A stretch of 64,000 nucleotides of DNA. Origin: Candidatus Micrarchaeota archaeon. GTDB lineage: Archaea; Micrarchaeota; Micrarchaeia; Norongarragalinales; SBBD01. The stretch lies in the NCBI GenBank assembly GCA_018819225.1, contig JAHJQN010000007.1, positions 64,001-128,000 on the forward strand, given 5' to 3'. Each line of letters starts with the position of its first letter. The stretch's first letter is position 1. The position numbers were made by a program, and so were the translations under genes. This document shows, piece by piece, positions 1-9,173 of the stretch. The notes beneath the pieces were generated by a model. It had not been told where the DNA came from. It worked only from the letters and a program-made list of their open reading frames with translations, and ran no database searches.

Positions 1-375
1 CGCGAGCACGTGAATGAATTCCGCGAGCTTTTCTTCAGAATCAAAATGAAAAATCGGAATGCGGAAATCCGTTGCTAACGCGATCTCCGCTCCCAAAAGT
101 GCGCGGGGTTGCAGGCGACCGTATTTTGCGCCCACGATGGCCATAATAGGAGACTCGAATTGAGCGGCAAGATCTTTCGCCTGAAAAAAGAGGCGGCCGT
201 CGATAATACTGGATTCGAAATCCGCCGCGGTCTTTCGCTCGAGGGCGACTTGGTCACTGATAATATAGTCGCCGATCTCCAGGCGCGTCGACTTCAAGCG
301 AATGCCGAGTGAAAAGAGCTTTCGTGCCGTAGGGCTCTTGAGTTCGCGATCATCCATTAATATTTCCAGGTCCAT
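1..375 (-). CDS. ERCC4/XPF-family structure-specific nuclease (stand-alone; 3' part runs off the window)
   Basis: Not in ORF track; manual translation MDLEILMDDRELKS...RLEIGDYIISDQVALERKTAADFESSIIDGRLFFQ has the DxRE, GDY and ERKxxxD ERCC4 motifs. Confidence 0.9.
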   Translation of the reverse strand, partial: MDLEILMDDRELKSPTARKLFSLGIRLKSTRLEIGDYIISDQVALERKTAADFESSIIDGRLFFQAKDLAAQFESPIMAIVGAKYGRLQPRALLGAEIALATDFRIPIFHFDSEEKLAEFIHVLA

Positions 376-419
376 CCCAAAGAGCAACAAGGGGCAGGCT
401 AAAAAAACGTGCGGTCGGG

Positions 420-1175
420 TCAAAGCCATTCCTGGAAAGTGATCGAGAGTTTTTCGATTTCCTGAAGAGTCAAGGAACGCACGCGTCGGGACGCCAACGG
501 AAGTCGAGCGATACGCGTTTTCGCATCCGATGGAGAGGGGAAAGACAAGGACCGGCGGGAATGCCACAACGCATTTTTTACGGACTGGTTTTTATGCTGG
601 AATAATAGTTGAACGAGCTGGGGATCGAGATGCGCCTTCGGGTTCTTTACGAGGTGGACGAATGCGGAATCCACGCGCGGAACGGGCCGGAAGGCGGTTC
701 GGGGCACAATTCCCCATATCTCGACATCCGAAAGGCTTTGGGCCATCACGGATAGTCGCGCGTACTGAGGGGTGTCGGGGGAAGCGATCATGCGTAAAGC
801 GAACTCCTTTTGAAGGCAGAGCAGAGCATCTTGAAACGTCGAGTTTAGTATGCGGAAAAGCAAGGGAGATGAGAGGTGGTATGGAAGGAAGCCGACAATG
901 ACGGGAGCGTCCAAGGGGTGTATCCGGGCGTCCCCCATAATGACGTTTACGTTCTTCACGTCGCGCAGCCCGTTCGCGAGTTCGCGGGCCAAGCGCTCAT
1001 CCACTTCCAGAGCCGTTACCTCTTTAGCGTGTTCGGCGAGATAGCGCGTAATGACTCCCGTGCCCGCACCAATTTCGAGAACGCGTTTATCGGAAAAGTC
1101 GGCCAGATCTAAATACTCTTGAACGAACGAGATGTCGCGAAGGAAGACCTGGGAAAGGCGTTTTAATTGGCGCAT
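420..1175 (-). CDS. rsmA: 16S rRNA adenine dimethyltransferase KsgA/Dim1
   Basis: LSQVFL, VLEIGAGTG, LPY, LQKEFALRM, FRPVPRVDSA motifs. Confidence 0.93.
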   Translation of the reverse strand: MRQLKRLSQVFLRDISFVQEYLDLADFSDKRVLEIGAGTGVITRYLAEHAKEVTALEVDERLARELANGLRDVKNVNVIMGDARIHPLDAPVIVGFLPYHLSSPLLFRILNSTFQDALLCLQKEFALRMIASPDTPQYARLSVMAQSLSDVEIWGIVPRTAFRPVPRVDSAFVHLVKNPKAHLDPQLVQLLFQHKNQSVKNALWHSRRSLSFPSPSDAKTRIARLPLASRRVRSLTLQEIEKLSITFQEWL

Positions 1176-1237
1176 TAAAAATCAGTAGAGCACGTGGTGG
1201 AAAGAATATATTAAACGAAAGGGGCATACCTCGGGAT

Positions 1238-1993
1238 ATGGCAAGGAAACGGTTGCGGCCCGTAAACCCAAATTACGAAAGGATTGGCGGGCTATCGCCC
1301 AACGACCCAATATTTCAAGAAATAAAAAAAACACTACCTCCGCATCTGAAAAAAGCATCGGAGTGGGCGTGGTTTACGTCGGCTCATCACATAAAATGGT
1401 TGGTTCTAAACAAGTCCTTCCGGGAGGGTATAACGCCTCAATCAAGAGTGTTAGAGTTGGGTGCCGGAACCGGCCGATTGGGGGATTGGCTTTTGAAAAA
1501 AACGGCGTTACGGCCCGAGGGATATGTTGCAGTGGACCAAATATATGGCGAGCGACCGGAAGTGTTTATGAAAGCACGCGTATGGAAACAAGCCAAGAGA
1601 GGAAAAATACGGTTATTAAAAGGAAATATTTGGAAACCCGGCCCGATTCATAGGGCGTTAACGGGTGAGACATTCGACCATATATTGATTCCAGAAGGGC
1701 TAATGGAGCCCGGATGGGAACGGCCTCCAGTAGAATTAGAAGAACCGAGAAAAGCCGGGCGGGTTTTCGCTCGTATCCTCGTTAAAAAACTAAAACAAGG
1801 AGGAACGCTGCGATTTTCACACGCCCAACCGATATTCAACGAACGGGCCTCTCGGCAAGTGCGCGAACGCAACCCCTTCAAGACGGGGTTTGAAGCGGGA
1901 TTAAAGCACGAAATGGATAGGGGCCATGCGGAACTCGTGGAGAGAACGATTGGCGGATGGGGGGTTAGTGGCGTCATCATCCGACGAACATAA
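1238..1993 (+). CDS. Class I SAM-dependent methyltransferase, Arg/Lys-rich orphan
   Basis: VLELGAGTG motif I, YVAVD, FDHIL, LKQGG. Confidence 0.7.
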   Translation: MARKRLRPVNPNYERIGGLSPNDPIFQEIKKTLPPHLKKASEWAWFTSAHHIKWLVLNKSFREGITPQSRVLELGAGTGRLGDWLLKKTALRPEGYVAVDQIYGERPEVFMKARVWKQAKRGKIRLLKGNIWKPGPIHRALTGETFDHILIPEGLMEPGWERPPVELEEPRKAGRVFARILVKKLKQGGTLRFSHAQPIFNERASRQVRERNPFKTGFEAGLKHEMDRGHAELVERTIGGWGVSGVIIRRT

Positions 1994-2000
1994 GCGAGCC

Positions 2001-3113
2001 CTACAACAGACTCAGAAGGCGTGCGAACTCCTCAGCGGGCATGAGATTGAGGGGTAGTACGTGCCAGACGTGCAGGTACGCGCCGAAAAGAAAGGGAACC
2101 AACGGGTATTTTACGAGTTTGTTCGACCAGATATCTTCAAATGCGATGAGCAACGCGAATGGAAACGCGGGAAGTAAATACCGGGCGACATCGTTATGGG
2201 AAAGAAATAAGGCCGGCAAATAGAGAATCAACGCGAATAGCACGAGATCGAACCGCCGTTGCTGATAGAGCCGTGCGATTCCTGCTCCATAAAGCAAGTA
2301 GAGCAGCATCCAATATTCTCCGACCGCAGCACCCCCATAACCAATAACCGCTTGAAACGGAAGCCATTGAAGAACAAAGCTGTTGACGGACGCGTAAACG
2401 AAGAAGTCGCCGTACACGAAGTGATAGTAGAGAAAGTGAAGGAAGAGTGCGAGTGGAATGAGCAGGTAAGGAAGCGCAGACCGCCATTGAACGCGGCGCT
2501 TCCATAAAAAGTAAAGGGCGTAAAACGCGAAAAGCGTGACGCCAAAGACGCGCGTGGTTGCCGCCAGAGCACCGAATGCTGCAGACAGCCAGTACTGATT
2601 TCTTTTAAAGAAATAAAAGGAAGCTAAAACCAAGAAAATGAAGGGGGCCTCGGTGGCGCCGACGCTGTGGTAAATGAGCCAGCGAACCGGAAAAAACACG
2701 AAGATCACGGAAAGAAACAAGGGATGTTTCGTGTACTTGAATTCCTTGACGAGGAAGTAGAAAGTGATTACGGAAAGAACAGCGAAGAAGAGCGTGGCGA
2801 GAAGCATCGCATCGAACGGAAACAACACGAAAGAGAATAGCCGTATGAACGCGGGGTAGAACACGAGATGCGCGGAATAGTAGTAGGGGGGGAGGGACCC
2901 GAATTCTAATAGCGGCGTAGACTCGTAGAGGGTTTGAGAAACGACTACGTAGAGCGGGCCGTCCCAATAACGGTATAGCACGTCCATGGAGGTAATGGAA
3001 ATCGAGGAGCTCAAGAAAGAGGTTTCGTTTAACCAAAACGGGAGGTAAACGAGGAGACTCGAAAGGATCATGAGTAGCGCGAGAAACAACGCGTTACGGT
3101 GATCAACATGCAT
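2001..3113 (-). CDS. GT-C membrane glycosyltransferase (PIG-V/PMT-like)
   Basis: Multi-TM protein with YWDGPLY, FYP, TEAPF and TRVFG motifs; ATG at 3113 chosen. Confidence 0.7.
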   Translation of the reverse strand: MHVDHRNALFLALLMILSSLLVYLPFWLNETSFLSSSISITSMDVLYRYWDGPLYVVVSQTLYESTPLLEFGSLPPYYYSAHLVFYPAFIRLFSFVLFPFDAMLLATLFFAVLSVITFYFLVKEFKYTKHPLFLSVIFVFFPVRWLIYHSVGATEAPFIFLVLASFYFFKRNQYWLSAAFGALAATTRVFGVTLFAFYALYFLWKRRVQWRSALPYLLIPLALFLHFLYYHFVYGDFFVYASVNSFVLQWLPFQAVIGYGGAAVGEYWMLLYLLYGAGIARLYQQRRFDLVLFALILYLPALFLSHNDVARYLLPAFPFALLIAFEDIWSNKLVKYPLVPFLFGAYLHVWHVLPLNLMPAEEFARLLSLL

Positions 3114-3197
3114 ATGAAAAAAAATATACCAGGGGCATAATAAAGGATAGGGAAAGCGCGCAAGGAACAACCGGAACCATTTAGGGATATGGAAAAA

Positions 3198-5246
3198 CTA
3201 AAGATATCGGGGGGTTGAAGTCAAACGCACGCGTTTTCCCTTCAAAATGGCGGTTAATTGAGCCGAGCGCAATCGTTGGGAGGCATTCGAAAGAGAATAT
3301 TCCGCGGTGAAGGAGCGTTCGACGAACGGGATGCACCATTGAAGCTGCATGCCGAGCACCGTATCGTCCATGGCACTCGGTGAGGGGACGCACGAGACAA
3401 CGGAAGGCGCAAAGTCTTCAATCATTAACGCGTGAAGCGGCTCGCGGGTTTTAAGATAAAGTGTCACGCGGGAATCTCGAACGGTTTTCGTAAAGTGAAT
3501 AGGGGGTTGGGGGAAACGATGGAGAGCGATGGCAAGCAATAGCAAGGGAATGAGTAAGAAATAGTGCCAAGAAAAGGAAAGAGCCAACAGACCCGAGACC
3601 CGCGAAGGAACGGAAGAGGGGTATGGAGAAGACGAGGGACGGGGAAGCACGCGGAACCAAAACGAATGGTTTGAATACTGGAGTTTCCAGTAACCGGGTT
3701 CGGAAAAGTTGAATGAACGAGATTCGGAGAGAAGAACGCGATACGGACGGCCAGACGGACTGGAAATATGAATCGGGGATTTGGGAGGAACGCCGTCATC
3801 CAGAAGAGTGATTGGGTATACCCCTAACGGAATAGAAGCCGGCATGAGAAAAATAACGAGGGGGACGCGGGCGTATTGGAGGGGAATGCTGGAGGGAGCC
3901 GCAGAGGGGAAAAAAGAGGGGGAGGGGAGAATGGTAGGAGTAGGAGAATTGACAACGGGAATTATCGGAGATGAGGAATAGGTGGAAGTTGAACTGGAAG
4001 AAGGGGGAATGGAGGGGGGAGGAGTTGGAGAAGGAATAGGAAGTTGTAGAAGAATGGGGAGGGAGTGATTCAGAAAGGAATTGTTTTCAGAAAAAGCGAA
4101 GACCGTGCAATTGAGAGCGAACGAAACGTTTTCGAGATTGAGGAAGAACGAGGCATTTGAATGCGAAGGACATGCAACAGAGGTATTGACACCCGAATGA
4201 TTAGTGCAGGAGAGCTGAAGGGAAAACGTATCGTCCACGAAACCAATGTTTTCAAGGGACGCGGAATAATCGAAAAATAAGCCGTCGAGTATAGGGTGCT
4301 TGGAAACATTGAGAATACGGGGATTCCCATGAAGAAAAAGAAAGGGAACCGCGGAGTCATTGAGTCTAGCGGATAAATGAGCGGAAACCCACGAGTCCGG
4401 TGGCGAAAAGTCGTAGTAATTAGAATAGTTTCCGGAACGCGTTTCAATCAATAGGTGATACGCCGCCGTTAATTGCGAGGTGGAAGCAACGGCGTCTGGA
4501 ATGGATAGGAAATAATGGGATTGGTAGTAGGCCCATGCACTCAAATAGTTTTGAAAATAGGTTGGAGAAAGCAAACCGAAGGTATCGGAAAGATTGATAA
4601 AGGAATGGTTCGGTTGAGAGGTATTGAGAGAGTAGTTGATGAGAGTGAGGGAATGAGAGGAGTCGTTGCAGGAGGAATGATTTACTGAAGCGGTACAAGA
4701 GGAATTGAGGGCATTGAGTTGAATGGAGAAATCGAACGATAGTAATTCAGAAAGATTGGAATAGTTAGTGGAAACAAAAGGACGGTAACGGTAACACCAA
4801 TCCTTCAGATAGTAATTCCCACAGTTCGGATTAAAATAATCGCATTCGTCACACCAAGAAAAATCACCGGGACCGGTAAACCCGGCTCGCTCGCATAGAT
4901 CCTGGCCGTAATAGTCCGTACAACCGTCCTCGATCACCAACGCAAGCCCGCCGGAAGCCGAATACAAGGGAAAGGAGGCATTAGAAATGAGATACGAGGC
5001 GTTCTGGGAAAGGGAGGTATTGAGAAGAAAAGGAGAGAGAAGGGACACTTCGCCGTGGGTAAGAAGAGATAGGTTAGAGGCGGGTATTTCGATTGAAGCG
5101 TTCGTTTGAATAAGGAATAGGTTGAAAGAAAGCGCGGGAACCCGCGAGAAATTCAGAAGCGAAACGTCAAGCGCAAAAGGAGAAGGGAAAAAAATGGTTA
5201 GTGACAGCACAACGCAAACAACGACACCGCGCATGGGGGAAGGCAC
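3198..5246 (-). CDS. Secreted/membrane-anchored surface glycoprotein, Ser/Pro-rich linker
   Basis: Signal peptide, many N-x-S/T sequons, Cys-rich segment, PS-rich linker, TM near C-terminus. Confidence 0.65.
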   Translation of the reverse strand: MPSPMRGVVVCVVLSLTIFFPSPFALDVSLLNFSRVPALSFNLFLIQTNASIEIPASNLSLLTHGEVSLLSPFLLNTSLSQNASYLISNASFPLYSASGGLALVIEDGCTDYYGQDLCERAGFTGPGDFSWCDECDYFNPNCGNYYLKDWCYRYRPFVSTNYSNLSELLSFDFSIQLNALNSSCTASVNHSSCNDSSHSLTLINYSLNTSQPNHSFINLSDTFGLLSPTYFQNYLSAWAYYQSHYFLSIPDAVASTSQLTAAYHLLIETRSGNYSNYYDFSPPDSWVSAHLSARLNDSAVPFLFLHGNPRILNVSKHPILDGLFFDYSASLENIGFVDDTFSLQLSCTNHSGVNTSVACPSHSNASFFLNLENVSFALNCTVFAFSENNSFLNHSLPILLQLPIPSPTPPPSIPPSSSSTSTYSSSPIIPVVNSPTPTILPSPSFFPSAAPSSIPLQYARVPLVIFLMPASIPLGVYPITLLDDGVPPKSPIHISSPSGRPYRVLLSESRSFNFSEPGYWKLQYSNHSFWFRVLPRPSSSPYPSSVPSRVSGLLALSFSWHYFLLIPLLLLAIALHRFPQPPIHFTKTVRDSRVTLYLKTREPLHALMIEDFAPSVVSCVPSPSAMDDTVLGMQLQWCIPFVERSFTAEYSLSNASQRLRSAQLTAILKGKRVRLTSTPRYL

Positions 5247-5326
5247 CTTTTACAAGATGCCTCCAACCGTTTGTTTGAATAATTCCCTTAGGAATAAGGA
5301 ATGGCAGGTTAAAAAAACAAGGGGTT

Positions 5327-5497
5327 ATGTCCGCTAATGAACCTGAATCTGATTGGGGTTTTATGTTTCTGTTGATGCAACCGAAAATTGCGTTATTGCG
5401 CGGAGTGTTCCTTTTCGCGCCAACTCTTTGGCCGCAGTGGAGAATTCCATTCACCCTACTAGTTATTGCAGGACTCGTTCAATTAGTGAGCGCTTGA
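5327..5497 (+). CDS. Small hydrophobic protein (56 aa)
   Basis: Manual ORF MSANEPESDWGFMFLL...LLVIAGLVQLVSA, preceded by GGGGT. Confidence 0.4.
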   Translation: MSANEPESDWGFMFLLMQPKIALLRGVFLFAPTLWPQWRIPFTLLVIAGLVQLVSA

Positions 5498-5547
5498 ACC
5501 ATAGGGAATAGGATAAAAGGATAACCGCCAATACTTTAGAGCGCGAT

Positions 5548-5654
5548 GGGCTCGTAGTCGAACGGTAAGACGCTGCCTTCGCAAGGCAGAGACTCCGGGT
5601 TCGATGCACAAAAAAGGCTTGAAAAAAGCCTGTGCGAAAATCCCGGCGAGTCCA
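5548..5654 (+). tRNA. tRNA-Ala(CGC) with 35-nt T-loop intron (59/60; 5606-5640)
   Basis: Acceptor GGGCTCG/CGAGTCC with G3:U70; anticodon arm CTGCC-TTCGCAA-GGCAG; perfect BHB (TTCG/CGAA, bulges ATG and AAT). Confidence 0.93.
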
Positions 5655-5694
5655 TTTTTTTATTAAGTGAGAGTACAACATAAAAACCCCCAAA

Positions 5695-6403
5695 CGCATC
5701 ACGTGATGCATTAGGGTTTGGTTTGAATGTACTATCTCCTCCAGAGGACCTAGATCTGGACGATCACGCTGCTGCCTTGCTTCGAGATAACAACTGGCTC
5801 TTGCGGCATCCTTGCCAACAACGAATCAATTTCCTTATACGACAAGCCACTTACATCAAGCCTCATAACAACCACCTACACGCATCGAAAGCGGATGAAA
5901 GGATATATGGGGTGTTGAGCACGTGATTTCCAGTAGTGCAACACATGATGCATAAATATTTTAGGTGGTTTAGCGTTTGATAATATAGATAAATAATTCG
6001 TTAAGATGACTGTGAAAAATCGGCGTTGTTGTTGTTTGTTTATTGTAAAAGTAGAATTATTATATTATTATAATGCGTCACGTGAAGCGTATGAATTTAT
6101 TATGAGTTAACATTCGTGCAATACCTGAGACAATGGGTGTTTTCTAGTGCTTCAGGTGATGCACCAATATTAAATTCAGTGCTTCACCTGTTGCGTGTAT
6201 GTTAAATCAAATGCTTCACGTGCTGCAGTTTGTTTTCATAATCCTTCAATTTACCCGATACATAGAGATGGTTGCCCGATCATTATGGTGTTAGGATAGC
6301 TAAATAGTTCAGATAGGATTATGGGTTTGTTTATGTATGTATTTGGTTTTTGTTTCTCCAAGTCACCTAAACAACTATTTACTTTAGTGCGTCACGTGTG
6401 GCA
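5695..6403. repeat. Array of ~8 16-bp palindromes TGCnTCACGTGAnGCA in an AT-rich region (candidate origin/centromere/terminus locus)
   Basis: Copies at 5695, 5937, 6074, 6117 (degenerate), 6148, 6180, 6212, 6388. Confidence 0.85.
5750..5866 (-). CDS. Small protein (38 aa) inside the repeat locus
   Basis: MRLDVSGLSYKEIDSLLARMPQEPVVISKQGSSVIVQI with GGTGGT SD-like sequence. Confidence 0.45.
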   Translation of the reverse strand: MRLDVSGLSYKEIDSLLARMPQEPVVISKQGSSVIVQI

Positions 6404-8059
6404 CTAGAAGTCCAATATATTCTTCTGATTCCCCACAATCAACTCCTCTTGCTCTTCGACTCCAATCTGCTCTTTATTCCCTATACTTTTCAACTCCTTT
6501 CTCAACTCATGCAATGTACTTCTCATCTTCTTCTCCCGTTGTTTCGAAATCCAGAAGAACGCCTCATCCTTACTTTTTCGCGTGATCAATACTATGGTGT
6601 TTCCTTCCCGAACCCTACCCGTTCTACCACGACGTTGTATCGCCCGAATTTCTGACGGCACGGCCTCAAAAAAGACCACGAGATCAACGGACGGAACATC
6701 AATTCCTTCCTCCGCCACCGACGTTGCCACCAACACATTGAACGATTTCGATTTAAACTCTTGCAACACCTGCGCCTGTTTTTTTTGGTTCATTCCCTCC
6801 TTACTTTTCCCAACAAACGCCTTTGCTTTCACGCCCGCAAATTGATTCAATTCCTCCACAATTTTCGTAACTGTATTGCGGTAGTGCGCGAACACGATAA
6901 CACTCTTTCCTTCCTGCACCGCATCCGATACCACTCCTTTCAACCTCCGGAACTTCGGGTGTTCCACTCCTTGCTTCCTCAATTCCTCGCACTTGATTCC
7001 AATTAATTTCCACCTAAAGTCCTGAAGCAATCCCTTCACTGCCTTGCTTTTCTGTTTCCTCTTCCCCATTTCCTGCATGAACCCCCACAATGCGTGAATA
7101 CCTTCTGTTTCCAACAAATCCAGCGCGTGGCTCACATTCATGGCTCTCGCTTGAACACTCAGCGCCCGATAACCTTCTGGTCGCATCGTAGACAGCTCCA
7201 ACGCCTTCCTCCGCGCATCCAACAACGCTCGCTTGTGCCGCTTTAAATCCGTGCTGTCCACGACCTCCAATTCCAACAACTCCGCTAACGCATCCTTCAA
7301 CAACTCCTCCAACACGCTCTTAATATCCATGAACGCCTTCGGCAACTCCACAAAAATCCAATCCAGTTTGACGGGCTTCGCGTATCCCTGCACATCCTTA
7401 TCGTTCTCATCCCGCACTTCAATATTCGCGATATTCAAATTCGTACAAATCTCTTGAATGACTTCTCGTTTGGAAGACGGGCTCGCGGTCAACCCCAAAA
7501 TAAACGCATGCTGTTTCGCTGCCTCTTTCGCTAGAAACGCGTACGAGTGCTCTTTCACCGCCCGATGCACTTCGTCAAACACAACGAGTCTGAACGCCTC
7601 CATTGAAACCCGTCCCGCCAACAAATCATATTCAACTGTTTGCGGTGTCGCACACACGATTTCCAAGATCGGGTTCGCCCACAACCTCTCTCTCAATGCC
7701 GGTTCCGTCTCCCCACTCAACACCATCACTTCCGTTGCCTCTTCCTTTCCCCAGTTAATCCGCGTTCCTTCAAACTCCAGCCATTCACGCAATCGCTGGC
7801 TTTGCTGAAGAGCCAGTGGCTTCGTAGGCGTCAAAAACAATATCTTTTTCTTTTTCCCTAAGCTCGAACGCTCCTCTTTCAAAAACTTGGCAATCACAAA
7901 CGCGGCCACATACGTTTTCCCTAACGCCGTCGGCATGATCACTAACGAGTTTCCATTCCTCAACACGCGCTCCGCCATCTCCACCTGGTATCCTCTCAAC
8001 TCTACTTGACCCGGCTTCAACGCCAGTTGCTTCAAAAAATCCGCGTATTTTTCCTTCAT
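6404..8059 (-). CDS. hef: Hef/Mph1/FANCM-type SF2 helicase lacking the nuclease domain
   Basis: MPTALGKT, PTKPL, DEVH, TASP, TSVAEEGIDVP, IQRRGRTGR motifs. Confidence 0.9.
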   Translation of the reverse strand: MKEKYADFLKQLALKPGQVELRGYQVEMAERVLRNGNSLVIMPTALGKTYVAAFVIAKFLKEERSSLGKKKKILFLTPTKPLALQQSQRLREWLEFEGTRINWGKEEATEVMVLSGETEPALRERLWANPILEIVCATPQTVEYDLLAGRVSMEAFRLVVFDEVHRAVKEHSYAFLAKEAAKQHAFILGLTASPSSKREVIQEICTNLNIANIEVRDENDKDVQGYAKPVKLDWIFVELPKAFMDIKSVLEELLKDALAELLELEVVDSTDLKRHKRALLDARRKALELSTMRPEGYRALSVQARAMNVSHALDLLETEGIHALWGFMQEMGKRKQKSKAVKGLLQDFRWKLIGIKCEELRKQGVEHPKFRRLKGVVSDAVQEGKSVIVFAHYRNTVTKIVEELNQFAGVKAKAFVGKSKEGMNQKKQAQVLQEFKSKSFNVLVATSVAEEGIDVPSVDLVVFFEAVPSEIRAIQRRGRTGRVREGNTIVLITRKSKDEAFFWISKQREKKMRSTLHELRKELKSIGNKEQIGVEEQEELIVGNQKNILDF

Positions 8060-8191
8060 GCTCTTTACTCCTTTTTTCTCGTTAATAGGGCTTTCTCCAC
8101 CCCCACTTCCTCAAAACACAAGCATTATAAACCCCGCTTTCGCTCAATCTAATCGTTTCTTCGGTTTTTATGTGATTTAGGGGGGTTTTTC

Positions 8192-8392
8192 ATACCGGAT
8201 TTGCCTTTAGCGGCCATAGAGCGCTTAATTCGTCGAGCGGGAGCCGAACGCGTTTCTGAAGATGCGTCGGAAGCCCTTGCCGACATTCTTGAAGAATACG
8301 CTTTGGATGTCTCTCAAAAAGCCGTTCTTCTCGCAAAACACGCTGGCCGAAAAACCATTACTGCAGAAGATATCCGTTTAGCCGGTCGGTAA
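8192..8392 (+). CDS. Archaeal histone (HMf family)
   Basis: LPLAAIERLIRRAGAERVSEDA...AKHAGRKTITAEDI; start ATA 8192 or TTG 8201. Confidence 0.95.
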   Translation: MPDLPLAAIERLIRRAGAERVSEDASEALADILEEYALDVSQKAVLLAKHAGRKTITAEDIRLAGR

Positions 8393-8398
8393 ACTAGC

Positions 8399-9172
8399 TT
8401 ATTCTTCCCGCAGGTCGCCGTAGATAATCCGGTGCACCCAATCCATGACACCGAATTTCTCCTTATAGTCCACGCCCATAATTTCCGCCGCAATTTTCTT
8501 GAAACCAATGGCCGCCGGACTCTTGGGGAACGCGGTTACCACCGGCTGCGCCATCAGCGCGGCAGTCGGAACGGCGGGATCCTCGGGAATCTTGCGAATC
8601 GGGTGATCTCCGATAATATCCCGAATCTCTTCCTCGTTCGGCTCGCCTGCATACCGTCCCACCCGGTTCAAAACAACGGCCGCAACCTCTACTCCGATGC
8701 TTTCCGCCATTTGAATCGTTTTATATGACGCGGACAGTGCCGGCAGTTCCGGATTGGTTACCACGAACATGTGGTCCGCGCTTCTCGCCGCCGAAATGAA
8801 TTCGGCTCCCAAACCCGGCGCCGAATCAATAATGAGCGTGGTTTTGCGCTTCTTCAACTGCTTCAATACTCTCGTAAAATCATCTTGCGTAATTCCTCCC
8901 AACGAATTCAGATTGATGTTCGCGGGGATGACTTTCAACCCGCTTTCATGCTCGTACGTCGCATCCTCCACACTCGACTTCCCCCGAATCACGTCATTCA
9001 ATGTATTCGTTTCGAACGGAACCGAGAAATACAGTGAAATATCCGGCACCGGCAAATTCCCGTCGACTATCGTCACGTCGCCTCCAAATTGCGATAAAGC
9101 GGTTCCCAGGTTAATGACGGTTTGCGTCTTTCCCACGCCTCCTTTACCCGAACTGACGATGAATGAAGCCAT
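8399..9172 (-). CDS. minD: MinD/ParA-family ATPase
   Basis: Deviant Walker A SGKGGVGKT, IIDSAPG, IPEDPAV, C-terminal amphipathic helix. Confidence 0.9.
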   Translation of the reverse strand: MASFIVSSGKGGVGKTQTVINLGTALSQFGGDVTIVDGNLPVPDISLYFSVPFETNTLNDVIRGKSSVEDATYEHESGLKVIPANINLNSLGGITQDDFTRVLKQLKKRKTTLIIDSAPGLGAEFISAARSADHMFVVTNPELPALSASYKTIQMAESIGVEVAAVVLNRVGRYAGEPNEEEIRDIIGDHPIRKIPEDPAVPTAALMAQPVVTAFPKSPAAIGFKKIAAEIMGVDYKEKFGVMDWVHRIIYGDLREE

Positions 9173-9173
9173 G

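Noticed and set aside
6196-6206. dif-like XerD arm (TATGTTAAAT)
   Set aside because: No partner arm at the 6-bp spacing; it is an inter-repeat spacer
6074-6227. CRISPR array
   Set aside because: Units are degenerate 16-bp palindromes with spacers mostly 15-16 bp; no cas genes in the window
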